Assembly (NCBI GenBank): GCA_035221665.1
Contig: CM069141.1
Location: 47,182,001-47,246,000 of the forward strand
Direction of reading: 5' to 3'
Length of the DNA stretch: 64,000 bases
Origin: Okamejei kenojei
Taxonomy: Eukaryota
This document shows, one piece after another, positions 27,601 to 39,595 of the stretch (position 1 is its first letter; each line of letters starts with the position of its first letter). Under the pieces are notes generated by a model, which saw nothing but the letters and a program-made list of their open reading frames with translations, ran no database searches and was not told where the DNA came from. The position numbers were made by a program, and so were the translations under genes.

Positions 27601-28146
27601 GGTCTCCAAATGTGAGGAAGGACATTATTGCCATAGAGGGAGTGTGGAGAAGGTTCATCAGATTGATTCCTGGGATGTCAGGACTGTCTTATGAAGAAAG
27701 ACTGGATAGACTCGGTTTATACTCTGTAGAATATAGGAGATTGAGAGGGGATCTTATAGAAACTTACAAAATTCTTAAGGGGTTGGACAGGCTAGATGCA
27801 GGAAGATTGTTCCCGATTTTGGGGAAGTTCAGGACAAGGGGTCACAGTTTAAGGATAAATGGGGAAATCCTTTAAGACCGAGAAGAGAAAGACTTTTTTC
27901 ACGCAGAGAGTGGTGAGTCTCTGGAACTCTCTGCCACAGAGGGTAGTTGAGGCCAGTTCATTGGCTATATTTAAGAGGGAGTTAGATGTGGCCCTTGTGG
28001 CTAAGGGGATCAGGGGGTATGGAGAGAAGGCAGGTACGGAATACTGAGTTGGATGATCAGCCATGATCATATTGAATGGCGGTGCAGGCTCGAAGGGCCG
28101 AATGGCCTACTCCTGCACCTAATTTCTACGTTCCTATGTTTCTATG
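24668..28146 (+). mobile_element. CR1 LINE (5'-truncated, disrupted ORF2: APE endonuclease plus RT)
   Basis: APE motifs CLNARGIRNK, GITETWL, VYRPP and MGDFN; RT motifs YLDFQKAFDKV, GVPQGSVLGP and FADD; (TTTCTATG)n tail; TTTAA TSD; empty site at ~7950. Confidence 0.95.
25505..25870 (+). mobile_element. Nested 3'-end copy of the same CR1 family
   Basis: Near-identical to 27780-28146, flanked by TSD TGACCA (25499-25504 and 25871-25876), with its own (TTTCTATG)n tail. Confidence 0.9.
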
Positions 28147-28217
28147 TTTAAAAAGACGCGTTATGGCTGTGCACCCTGAAATGTTTGGGAGAGCATTACA
28201 GCTTTAAGAATTGAAGT

Positions 28218-28261
28218 TGCAGTTATTGAAAAGAACTGGCTGTGTCGCTGTCTACCAATGG
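28218..28261 (+). promoter_or_regulatory. CSE/CGCT box of intact A2
   Basis: TGCAGTTATTGAAAAGAACTGGCTGTGTCGCTGTCTACCAATGG, identical to the A1 element. Confidence 0.8.
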
Positions 28262-28477
28262 AAAGCTCAACCACACAGATGGATCCATTGCCCCTCCCAC
28301 ACCCCAGAATAAAAACGTCAGGCGCGCATAAAAACGAAGGAGGCCAGCAGTGCTTGCGTTCAGATTGCGGAATCAAGCTGAGGAGGATAGATTTTCCGTT
28401 TGTTTCCGTTGTAGTTGGTATCTTTTTACGGATTAACCTAAGAGATTCCTGGTTTTGGACATTGACCGCGCGGAACA

Positions 28478-30871
28478 ATGGCGTACCTACCGACATTTGC
28501 CTTCACAGTGTTTGTTTCCATGTTTGCGATATATGTACCGTATCTAATTTTGGGGCAAATTCATTATTCTATTCCCGAGGAAATCGAGCAAGGGGCATTT
28601 GTTGGGAATATCGCTCAAAATCTGGGCCTGAACGTACGGCAATTGTCAGCTCGCAAATTTCGACTGAGCTCCGATAATGGCGGACGCTACACCAAGGTTA
28701 GTGCTGACAATGGAGTATTGTCTATTCGTGAAATAATCGACAGGGAACGTATTTGTGGAGAAGCGGATATGTGTATTATACCCTTCGAAATTGTACTGGA
28801 AAATCCCTTGGAGGTGTATCGCGGAAAAATAGAGATTCTTGATGTAAATGATAATCCCCCCACTTTCCCGCACGGCAGCATTGCCTTACAGATATCGGAA
28901 GCGAGTGCACCCGGTGTACGTTTCCGTCTCGAGAGCGCAGAAGATCCTGACATTGGAATAAATACCGTGGCCGCCTACACAATCAGTTCTAGTGAGCACT
29001 TCAGTCTAAAAACACAGAAAACCGAAGACGGTTTTATAATTGCCGAGTTGTTGTTGGATAAATCTTTGGATCGAGAGCTGCAATCATCATTTCATCTCTT
29101 GCTTACTGCGACTGACGGTGGAACCCCTCAGAGGTCAGGCACAACTCAGATTCGCATTAATGTATTGGACATCAATGATAATCCACCAGTGTTCGACCAT
29201 GATATTTACAGGGGGAGTATAAGCGAGAACTCCGCCAAAGGTATCTCGGTGTTGAAAGTCAAAGCACACGATGTGGACGAAGGACTGAATGGGAAAATAT
29301 CATATTCTTTTAGTGATGTCGCCGTGCTAAAGGTTCGTAATTTGTTCAGTTTAGACCCAGATACTGGAGAGATTCGAGTTGGCGGGCATTTGGATTTTGA
29401 AGAAACAAAGGTCTATTATCTGGATGTTCAAGCTATAGATCACGGCTCAGTTGCAATGACAGGACACTCCAAAGTGTTGATAAAAGTAATGGACGTAAAC
29501 GACAATGCACCGGAGATACAGGTGACATCTGCTTCCAATAAAATTCCGGAAAATGCTCCGCCAGGAACTTTGATAACGTTGATCAATGTTATGGATCGTG
29601 ATGCTGGAGAGAACGGCCAAGTCCGCTGTTCGTTACCAAAGAACATACCATTTAAACTACAAACAGCATCGGATCATTACAAATTAATTACCAGTGAAAT
29701 GTTGGACCGCGAAGCGATATCTCAGTATAATGTAGCTATTTCGGCATGGGACTTGGGGTCGCCTTCACTCTCCGCAAATATAACCATCCAGATTACTATT
29801 TCAGACGTAAACGATAACGCCCCTTGGTTTGCTGAATCATCCTACAATGTATATGTGATGGAGAATAACGCCCCAGGTGCATCCATATTCACAATATCTG
29901 CAATGGATGCTGATATAGAACAAAATTGCTATGTATCTTACTCCTTTGTGGATAATCAAATCGAAAACTTGCCAGTTTCCACTTACATCAGTATCAACGC
30001 AATAAACGGGACCATTTATGGGTTACACTCCTTTGACTATGAGGAACTCAAACATTTCCAAATACAAGTTCAAGCCCGTGACGCAGGGGTGCCTCCATTG
30101 AGCAGCAGTGCTATGCTGAACGTGATCATCCTGGATCAAAATGATAATGCTCCGATATTTGTTTCCCCGCCAGTACAGAGTGGATCAGCAGCAATGGAGA
30201 TCGTGCCCCGGTCAGCAGGTCAAGGGTACCTGGTCACCAAGATAATGGCAACTGATGCAGATTCTGGTCAGAATGCTCGGTTCATTTATCAGATAGTGAA
30301 ATCTACTGACCCCAGTTTGTACAAAATTGGACAAAATTCCGGTGAAATTAGAACAGCGCGCAATATCCTACAGTCAGATATTTCCGTACAAACACTGGTC
30401 ATCTTGGCGAAGGACAACGGGCAGCCAAGCCTCTCCAGTACGGTTACAATAAACATTAAAATATTGGAGAACAGCACTGAAGGAATCGCGGAAACAAGCA
30501 TCTTATTGATGGATCCAGAATATTTCTCTGATCCAAACGTTTATTTAATCGTCATTTTCAGTTGCACTTCCGTTGTCTTTCTTCTGATCATTATTCTGTT
30601 GATTGGCATCAAGTGTAAACAAGACAGAAATAATATTCAAGGGTATAACTCCCGCAGTTATTGTTACAATCGTGGGGATGCTCACGACACGTTTAAAGGA
30701 AGACCTGCCATGGAGGAAACTTTACGCTATCCTGGGACAGGCCGGATAGGCCGCGTAGGCCGCGTTGCAGATATGAATCAATACTCGGTCTGTCTGTCTC
30801 CAGAGTCAGCGAAAAGTGATTTTCTCTTCTTGAAGCCATGCGGCGCTTCCTCCTCTCAAGCTCAAAGCTAA
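28478..30871 (+). CDS. Intact clustered-type protocadherin A2, 797 aa: signal peptide, 6 cadherin repeats, TM and short PCDH10-like tail
   Basis: Uninterrupted ORF with GQIHYSIPEE start of EC1, EC1 C-X5-C, repeated DxNDNxP, DRE/DFE/DYE and AxDxGxP motifs, TM VYLIVIFSCTSVVFLLIIILLIGI and tail CLSPESAKSDFLFLKPC. Confidence 0.95.
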   Translation: MAYLPTFAFTVFVSMFAIYVPYLILGQIHYSIPEEIEQGAFVGNIAQNLGLNVRQLSARKFRLSSDNGGRYTKVSADNGVLSIREIIDRERICGEADMCIIPFEIVLENPLEVYRGKIEILDVNDNPPTFPHGSIALQISEASAPGVRFRLESAEDPDIGINTVAAYTISSSEHFSLKTQKTEDGFIIAELLLDKSLDRELQSSFHLLLTATDGGTPQRSGTTQIRINVLDINDNPPVFDHDIYRGSISENSAKGISVLKVKAHDVDEGLNGKISYSFSDVAVLKVRNLFSLDPDTGEIRVGGHLDFEETKVYYLDVQAIDHGSVAMTGHSKVLIKVMDVNDNAPEIQVTSASNKIPENAPPGTLITLINVMDRDAGENGQVRCSLPKNIPFKLQTASDHYKLITSEMLDREAISQYNVAISAWDLGSPSLSANITIQITISDVNDNAPWFAESSYNVYVMENNAPGASIFTISAMDADIEQNCYVSYSFVDNQIENLPVSTYISINAINGTIYGLHSFDYEELKHFQIQVQARDAGVPPLSSSAMLNVIILDQNDNAPIFVSPPVQSGSAAMEIVPRSAGQGYLVTKIMATDADSGQNARFIYQIVKSTDPSLYKIGQNSGEIRTARNILQSDISVQTLVILAKDNGQPSLSSTVTINIKILENSTEGIAETSILLMDPEYFSDPNVYLIVIFSCTSVVFLLIIILLIGIKCKQDRNNIQGYNSRSYCYNRGDAHDTFKGRPAMEETLRYPGTGRIGRVGRVADMNQYSVCLSPESAKSDFLFLKPCGASSSQAQS

Positions 30872-31950
30872 ATTACGCTAATGGATTGTATAAAGGAACA
30901 CCATTTTAAAAAATGCTGCCAGTTTTTCTGCGCAGGAGCTGAATCAGTGCTAGTGAAATATTTGAGAAAACATTCCATTGTTGCTTTGTTCTCTTTCGCT
31001 TTATCGAAGTACGGTTGTTGTAATTGTGAAAAATAAATAGCTCCTGCAACTGGGATGAAAGTATCTTGAAATTGTGTCTGATAATTCCGAAGGTAGACCT
31101 TCTGCTTGTCATTGGATAACATGCACGAATTAGTTGCCATTTAATGGACTGCGCATATGATGTGGTTGTCTGAATCCAGTTACAAGTTGAAGTATTAATG
31201 TCTGAAAATTGCGGTGAAAAGATTCCCGATCGCGTAACGATACGTTCCCTTAGAATTGTAGATACGTGTTCGTACAAAAGTGCCTAAGAATAAACAGCTG
31301 GCACAGAAAAAAAAAATCAACCCATAAGTTTGAATGGGCAAGTGATTGCAGATGCTGAGATCGTGAGCATAACTCACCAGAGGAACTCCGCGATTCAGAT
31401 CGCACCCACGGAGCCCAACCAGTGCAACTTTTAGCGTCGAGCCCTGCGTGAGTACAGGAGAGGAAAGTTGTTGGTGGATATAGACGAGAAAATGGAATTA
31501 GAGTAAACGATAGTTTGGAAAGAAGCAGGACAGGGTGAGGAAAATATAATAGAATATATATATATCTATGAAAGGGAGAGGAGAAACGAGCGAATGTTGT
31601 AGCAGACGTAACCGTGAGGTTCAAATTGTGCATTTTTGTGATGTGTAAAGATAACGTTCTAACACACCCCCACCAGCGCCGTAGGGATCTCTCAGTGGGC
31701 TTCTCCCCGCCTCTGTTGCTGGGATGCAAATGTTCCCCTATTTGTCATCGTCCACTCACCAGCTTTCACATTCAATGCAACTTACCACAATTCGAAATAT
31801 ATTTCGTCACTGAGCACAGACTATCCTTCTCTACCTGTTTAGTAGTTCAAAAGTATGTGGCCTTCATCAATCCCTGTTGCGGGCGTCTGACCCTTCCGAT
31901 CACTCACCATCCTTTGGAAGTTTTCCATGAAACCACAAAACGTGTAACAC

Positions 31951-33498
31951 AAGGCGTAGCTATGGGCACACGCATGGGCCCCAGCTACGCTTGCCTCTTT
32001 GTCGGGTACGTCGAACAATCCTTGTTCTCGGCGTACCAGGGCCCCATCCCCGACCTCTACCTCCGTTACATCGACGACTGCTTTAGTGTCACCTCCTGCA
32101 CCCACACACAACTGACTGACTTCATTCATTTCACCACCAACTTCCATCCGGCACTCAAATACACTTGGACCATTTCCGACATTTCCCTACCATTCCTTGA
32201 CCTCACCATCTCTCATTGCAGGTGATACAATCCTACACCGACATTACACTACAAACAACTGACTCCCACAGCTAACTGGATACTCTTACTCCTCATACCT
32301 GCTTCCTGTAAGGACTCCATCCCCCTATTTCCAATTCTTCCGTCTACGCCCGCATCTGCCTCCCAGATGAGGTGTTCCACACCAGGTCATCACAAAATGG
32401 CCTTTATTCTTCACTGAGAACGGGGATTTCCTCTCCCTACTATTGATGTGGCTCGCACCAGGGTTCCCTCCATAACCCCGCAACACTGCCCTCTCTCCCC
32501 ATTCCCCACTCGCAAACAGGGGCGATTCCCTGGTCCTCACCTTTTCAACCCCACCAGCCGGCAAATCTAGTCCTCGCCAGTTTTCGCCACCTCCAAATAT
32601 GAACCCCTCACCCGCCACATTTTCCCATCTCCCCCCCCCTGTCTGCCTTCCGCAAAAGACGCTCCCTCCGAACTCCTTGTCAATTATTTCCCTACCCTCC
32701 CGCTCTACCCCTTCCCCGGGCACTTTCTCTTGCAACCGCAAGAAACTGCAACACTTGTCCCTTCCCTCCCCCCCTTCCACTCCTTTCAGGGACCCAAGCA
32801 GTCCTTCCAGGTCCGACAGAGGTTCACCTGCACTCCTCCAACCTCATTCTACTGCATTCCGACTGTCCAGATGCCAGGATCTATTTCGGTGAGACCAAGC
32901 GGAGGCTTGGCGATCGTTTCGCCGAAACACCTCCGCTCGGTCCGCAAAAACCAACCGACCTCCCGGTGGCTCAGCACTTCAACTCCCTTCCCAATTCCGT
33001 ATCGACCTCTCTTCCTGGGGCCTCTCCCGGCCAGAGTGAGCAACACCGCAAGTTGGAGAACAGAGCACCACATATTCCGCTTGGGAAGTCTGCATCCTTT
33101 GGGCTTGAACATTGGAATTTTCTCAATTCTGTTAACCCTTGTAGTTCGCCTCCTCTTCCCACCTCTTCCCTCAGCCCTCGGGCCCTGGGCATTCCTCTAT
33201 CTCTATCTCCTCCCCCACCTAGTCGCACTAGCTTCTCATTTTCACACCACAAACAGCTTACTGGCTTGTTCCCTTTATCATCGATACTTTTTTGCATATC
33301 TTTCATTCATTGTTCTTTAACTCTCCACATCACCGTCTATACCTCTCGTTTCCCTGAGCTCTGACCAGTCTGAAGAAGGGTCTCGACCCGAAACGTCGCC
33401 TATCTCCCTTCGCTCCTTAGATGCTGCTGCACCCGCTGAGTTTCTCCAGCTTTTTGTGTAACCCTCGATTCTCCAACATCTGCAGTTCCTTCTTTAAC
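31951..33498 (+). mobile_element. Penelope-like element, 5'-truncated (RT, degenerate GIY-YIG region, terminal repeat)
   Basis: QGVAMGTRMGPSYACLF...RYIDD...LPFLD and GETKRRLGDRFAE. The 13-bp TSD is AAACGTGTAACAC/AAACGTGAAACAC, and the empty site is at ~11955. Confidence 0.9.
33367..33400 (+). ncRNA. Putative minimal hammerhead ribozyme in the Penelope terminal repeat
   Basis: CTGAAGA-A-GGGTC-TC-GACCC-GAAAC-GTC contains the CUGANGA box, a paired stem II, the GAAA box and a GUC triplet. Confidence 0.65.
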
Positions 33499-36400
33499 AA
33501 ACGTGAAACACTCTTTCTTTTACCAATTCCTTTCCAGGACCCAACATTCTTTCAGGTGACGCAGTGATTTGTTTGCTCTTCTGTCAATATAACGTTTGTA
33601 TTTGCCTTCCCAAAGTGATGACACTGTATGGAGACATTGAAGGAGGGTTGTGCCATTGTTTTGTAAAGCCCATTCGTACAAGTCTGCAGTAGGATCTAGA
33701 CCAGAAACATGACTAATTCCTTCTCTACAGAGATGCTGCCTGTCCCGCTGATTTACTCCAGCATCTGTGTCTATCTTCAAGTGCAGGAATTAAGCTGATA
33801 TTTCTGTTTGCATAACATTTTTATTCACAATTTCAGTAAAAGTTAACCTTTTTGTCTCTGACTTCCAGCACTGTTGGAAGAAGGACAAAGCAAAAGCGCG
33901 CGATTGAAAAACTGAACCTTATCTTCCATATGGACGTTGGACCCCTCTGCAACTCAGCACTGTTGTCTGTTATCATTTCGGTTCTGTTTTCACTATTTTC
34001 AATTGAGGTGTAGAAGCATAGAAAATCGGTGCAGGTGGAGGCCCTTTGGCACCGCCACTCAGTGTCATCATGGCTGGTCATCCACAATAAGTAACCCGTG
34101 CCTGCCTTCTCCCATATCCCTTGATTCCGCTAGCCCATATAGCTCTATCTAACTCTCCTTTGAATTCATCCAGTTAATCGGCCTGCATTACCTTCTATGG
34201 CAGATATTTCCACAAATTCACAACAAAAAGATTACTCTCTGAGGTCAAAAAGATTTTTCTCATCTCGGTTTTAAATGGCTTCCCCTTTATTCTTTGGCTA
34301 TGGCCCCTGGTTCGGAACTCCCCCAACATTAGGATTTTTCCCCTGCACCTAGCGTGTCCAGTCCTTTTATAACGTTATATATTTCTATAAAGTATAGAGC
34401 ATAGAATCACACCCTTCGACACACCGCGTCTACGCTGGCAATAATGCTTATCTACATTAATTCAACACTTGCATATTTTGCATATCCGTCAATTCCCTGC
34501 ATTTTCACATTACCGTTAAGTACCTTTGACACACTTGCGTTTTCCTTTCTCGACCACCTATAGCACCAATTCAATCCAGATGTTGTTCTTCTTTTCAGAC
34601 ATGAGGAGACCGCTAGACAGCTTTAAATCTCCTCTCTCTGATGTTCAAATTACATCTTCTTCTTTTGGACGTCCGTACATTTGAAATGACAACTGCCCGA
34701 CCTGTGCCTCTCATGGTTGAATATATCGCTCTCATGACTTCCCTCAACGGTGTTCACTGCAGATAAACCAGTTCTCGCCTATACAATCTGCCATGCTAAC
34801 GTAAACCCTCCGATACTGGCAACGTTCTTGGAGTCTGACTTTCTCCCTCTCTGGCTTAAACAAACCCTTTCTGCAGTGTGCTGCATAGACCTGCACAGAA
34901 TTATTCAAATCCAGCCAATGCAAAGTTTTGTTCAACAAAAACTCAATTATTGCATTAAATGCCGCTGCTAAGGTAGGCGACCATGTCATATGCCTCCATC
35001 ACATCCCCGTTTACACGTGTTCCCATTTCAAAAAAATTCACCTTTCTTTTACCACATATCCACATCAGTTCGTTAACAGGAGCATGTCCCATTCCCTTGC
35101 TGTTAGCCATTTATTAAATAAGCTATTACAGAAACAATGAGGCATCGTTTGTCCTAACAGCTCCATCAACCACTGCGTATATTTGTCTCCTTTATTCCCA
35201 TCCTCACCTACTGAAAAAAACTTATTTTCATTCTTTCACAGTTGTTATAAAAGATCTAAGACGTGAAGCGATTATTTGATTACCTTCCTCAGGTGATATT
35301 TGAGTCGGTGAGTGCCTTCAGCAATTGCCAAATCACGATAGCAACATGTTTTGTGATTGGTGGGGGATTGGTTTCCAATCTCACCTGTAGTTTTTCGTGA
35401 TTCTGATTTTTGCAGGTTTTATTACAAATGTTGGATTGATATTTATTTTAGGATTAGATTTTTTGCTACTTTCACGTGGTTCGGTTATTGTAATACCCCC
35501 CCCCCCCCCCCCCCCCTGCTGTTACGGGATATTAAAATATAAATCCAGGTGATAAATGGAGATTGTCGTCCAATAGGCATCTATTTGACCTATTGCGGCA
35601 TCGGAACTCTTCGCAAATCATGCAACCAATGGAGAACATGACCAATGCAATTTTTTTGATTAACTTTGTATGCGACTTGCCCCATTTGTAATTTGCCGGG
35701 ATCATGCCCGACTTTGAGCATCCATTTGAAACTCCAGTAGCAGAAATGCAACTACAGTGTCCTGAGCACATTACAAATCAACGTTCACTGTAAATGCCAT
35801 TTTACACAATAAGTATAGTACCAATAGATTAGTGTTAACTAGGGCGCATTTCAAAAGAACAACCACCTGCAAATCGATGGGTAATCAAGTCATTTATTTG
35901 CAAATTTCAATAACGGAACCATTGGATGGAAAAAAATGAACCGTAGATTCACAAAGGAAATAATAATTCAAAAATTCACCAAATCTCCCGCGGTCAACCG
36001 TACACAAATACCTATGTTTCCCCTAATATCCGTCCGGGTCTGCAGGTTTTGTGCTTGTGAAACTGCTGCGTGCAAGATTTATTTTGCAACAATCCCTCAC
36101 CCTACCTTTGCCTGTGTCAACAAACTCGACGTTGACGTGACGATGACTTTATCCAATAATCACTTACTTCAAAAAGGAATTTGCTTCAACAATTACCCAG
36201 TAGAAAGCATCATGCTCACGGATACCTTCTCCAATATCTGAAAAGTGATCATGCAATTTTTCAGATTATATCCTCTGATTGCGGTGGAGGCCAACTTCGC
36301 ATACAGTAAATTTGCTAGAAAAGGCATGATAATAAACTTCACATGTCAAAGAACGAAACATTACGTCATCATTATATGAATATATTTTCTCCCTACCCTT

Positions 36401-36669
36401 ATGTGCGACTGCGAGAGTTCCAACAACTGTAGGTAAATTTATGTTTCCGATATGATAGGTTGCATCATAGAAATACCGGTGCCATCCATTTATTCTTTAT
36501 TGCAATATGACGACACAACGTATTAACGTTCTGGGTCAAAAACCCTCGGAACATGTGAATTGCGAAGTTAAATGCTGCAAACAGAATAGAACCGTTGTTT
36601 AAAAAAAAACGTGTTATGGTTGCACACCTTTAAATAACAGCAGAGTAGTGCAGCTTTAAGAATTGTGGC

Positions 36670-36713
36670 TGCAATTGTCGAAAAGAACTGGTCGTGTCGC
36701 TGTCCACCAATGA
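36670..36713 (+). promoter_or_regulatory. CSE/CGCT box of B2
   Basis: Identical to the B1 element. Confidence 0.8.
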
Positions 36714-36865
36714 GAAGCTCAAGTGCACAGATGGATCTATTGCCCCTTCCACATCCCAGAATAAAAACGTCAGACGCGACGAGAGCGGTGATCAGTGCTT
36801 CCATTTGCATTGCGGAATGAATGTCAGGAGGAAAATATCCCGACAGTTTCGATTCTGTATTTAGA

Positions 36866-36876
36866 TTATATATATG

Positions 36877-36913
<37 letters not shown>
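36866..36913 (+). repeat. (TA)n(TG)n microsatellite in the B2 leader
   Basis: Direct reading. Shorter (TA)n tracts occur at the same place in B1 and B4. Confidence 0.9.
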
Positions 36914-36945
36914 TTAAATCTTGTGCTTGGAACATTTTACGGACT

Positions 36946-38596
36946 ATGGCGCAGGGGGCATTTATTGGGAATATCGCCAAGGATTTGGGGCTGAATGTAT
37001 GGGAATTGTCTGCTCGCAAATTACGACTGAAGTCTGATAATGGCGGACGATACCTGAAGGTTAATTTGGAGAATGGAATATTGTCTCTTCGTGAAAGAAT
37101 CGACAGGGAACCTATTTGCGGACAGGTCGATAAGTGTACTATACTTTTCGAAACAATACTGGAAAATCCTTCCGAGGTGCATCGCGGAAAAATCGAGATT
37201 TTTGATGTAAATGACAATGCGCCCACTTTCCCGCACAACAGCATTGTCCTCCAGATATCGGAAGCGAGCGCACCCGGTGTACGTTTCCGTCTGGAGAGCG
37301 CAGATGATGCTGACATTGGAATAAATACCATGGCCGCCTACACAATCAGTTCCAGTGCGTACTTGAGTCTAAAAACACAGAAAACCGATGGCGGGTTTAT
37401 AATCGCCGAATCAGAGATCAGGCACAACTCAGATTTTCATTTCTGTATTGGACTTCAATGATAATCAGCCTGGGTTCGATCGTGATATTTACAGGGGAAG
37501 CGTAAGCGAGAACTCCACCAAAGGTACCTCAGTGATGAAAGTCAAAGCAAATGATATGGATTGAGGACAGAATGCTAAGATAACATATTTGTTTAGTGAT
37601 GTTGCCGTGCGAAAAGTTCGTAATTTGTTCCGCTTAGACCCAGATACCGGTGAGATTCGCATTGAAGGGCCCTTGGATTTTGAACAAGCAAACGGCTATG
37701 CTCTAGATGTTAAAGCTGTGGACCACGGCTCGCCTGCAATCACTGGACACTAGAAAGTGCTGATCAAAGTAATTGATGTGAACGATAATGCACCCGAGAT
37801 AAAGGTGACATCCGCTTCCAACAAAATCCCGGAAAATGCTCCGCCAGGAAATTTCGTAACGTTGATCAGTGTTATGGATCGAGATTCTGGAGAGAACGGC
37901 CAAGTTCGCTGCAAGATACCAAATAACATTCCATTTCAACTACAATCAGCGACGGATCATTACAAATTAATTACCAGTGAAATATTTGATCGTGAAGTGA
38001 TATCCGTGTATAACATACTTATTTCCGCTTGGGACAAGGGGTGGGCATCACTATCTGCAAATATAACCATTCAGATTACAATTTCAGACGTTAATGATAA
38101 CAGTCCACGATTTGCTGAATCTTCCGACAACGTTTATGTCATGGAAAACAATGCTCCGTGTGCGTCCATTTTCACAGTAACTGCACCGTATCCTGACCTG
38201 GAGCAGAATTCTTATGTTTCCTACGCTTTTCTGGAGAATCAAGTCAAAAACTTGCCAGTGTAAAACTTCCAGATTCAAGTCCAAGCCCGTGACACTGGGG
38301 TGCCTCCTCTGAGTAGCAGCGCCACGGTGAATGTGATAATCCTGGATCAAAATGACAACGCTCCGGTAATTGTTTCACCTTCGGAACAAGGAGGATCAGC
38401 AACAGAGGAGATCGTGTCCCGGTCAGTCGGTCAAGGGTACTTGGTCGCCAAGATAATGGCAACTGATGCAGATTCTGGTCAGAATACGCGGCTCTTTTAT
38501 CAGATGGTGAAATCTACCGATCCCAGTTTGTTCAACGTTGGGCAAATTTCCGGTGAAATTAGAACTGCGCGCAATTCATTGCGATCAGATGCTACT
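36946..38596 (+). pseudogene. Protocadherin B2 pseudogene, 5' portion
   Basis: Lacks the native ATG and signal peptide. Internal deletions at ~37410 and ~38260, stops at ~37562 and ~37751, and a break within EC6 at 38596. Confidence 0.9.
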
Positions 38597-39134
38597 ATGA
38601 TTGAACGTTATAAACTTTATGTGCAGCACGTGTAGGGCAGCTGGCCAATAGTCAATTTAAATGGTACGGACGGTCAAAACTAGAAGATGTAGTTTTAAGA
38701 TCAGAGGGAGGAGATTTAGAGCATTCTAGCGGTCTCATCATGTATGAAAAGAAGAACTACATCTGGATTGAATTTGTGCTATAGGTGGTCGAGACAGGAA
38801 AACGCAAATGTGTCAAAGGTACTGAACGGTAATGTGAAAATGCAGGGAATGATGGATATGTAAAATATGTGCCACTATTAGAAGATTGGATTACATTTGA
38901 TGAGAATATTAATTGCATTTGTTGAGAACGTTAATTTCGACCATTACACCAACTGGCCCATCTTTGCGCAGATGTGAAAAACCGAAGGGTCGGGGGGTGG
39001 ATAGGCGAAATTTCGGATCGAACCACTCTTTCAGACAGAAGTACTTATTTACTGAAATGTTACATACACAACCATTCATATATTTGTACAGAATAATGGA
39101 TTCCTATAAAGCGGCCGTTCATTAAAGATACCCA

Positions 39135-39595
39135 TCATTGAGCCTGAGAGAGAGGAGGTCCGCATGGCTTCAAGAAGAGAAAATCGCTTTTAGCTGACTC
39201 TGGAGACAGACGTACAGAGTACTGATGAGATTCCAGGCACGCGGGCTACCCGGCCTGTCCCAGGATAGCGCAAAGTTATCAGGCGTGCCCAGTGTATCTC
39301 CACGATTGTAACAATAAATGGGGGAGTTATACCCTTGGATAATACTTCTGTCCTGTTTACACTTCATGCCAATCAACAGAACGATGATCAGAAGAAAGAC
39401 AGCGGACGTACAACTGAAAATGACGATTAAATAAACATTTGGATCAGAACCCCCCCCCCCCCCCCCCCCCCCCAGATTTTTCATTATGGTACTGCTTTCG
39501 GACATTGCTTCCGTGCTATTCTCCAAAATTCTAATGTTCATTGTGACGGCGCTGGAGAGGCTTGGTTGCCCATTGTCCTTAACCAAGATAACCAG
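39135..39595 (-). pseudogene. Protocadherin B2 3' portion (EC6 end, TM, tail), inverted
   Basis: Minus-strand LVKDNGQPSLSSAVTMNIRILEN...SDPNVYLIVIFSCTSAVFLL continues almost exactly where the + strand part stops. The 3' flank continues inverted to ~38870. Confidence 0.9.

Noticed and set aside
28478-30871. Assigning gene symbol PCDH10 or PCDHG
   Set aside because: Only motif-level resemblance. The multi-copy array and short tail argue against one-to-one orthology.
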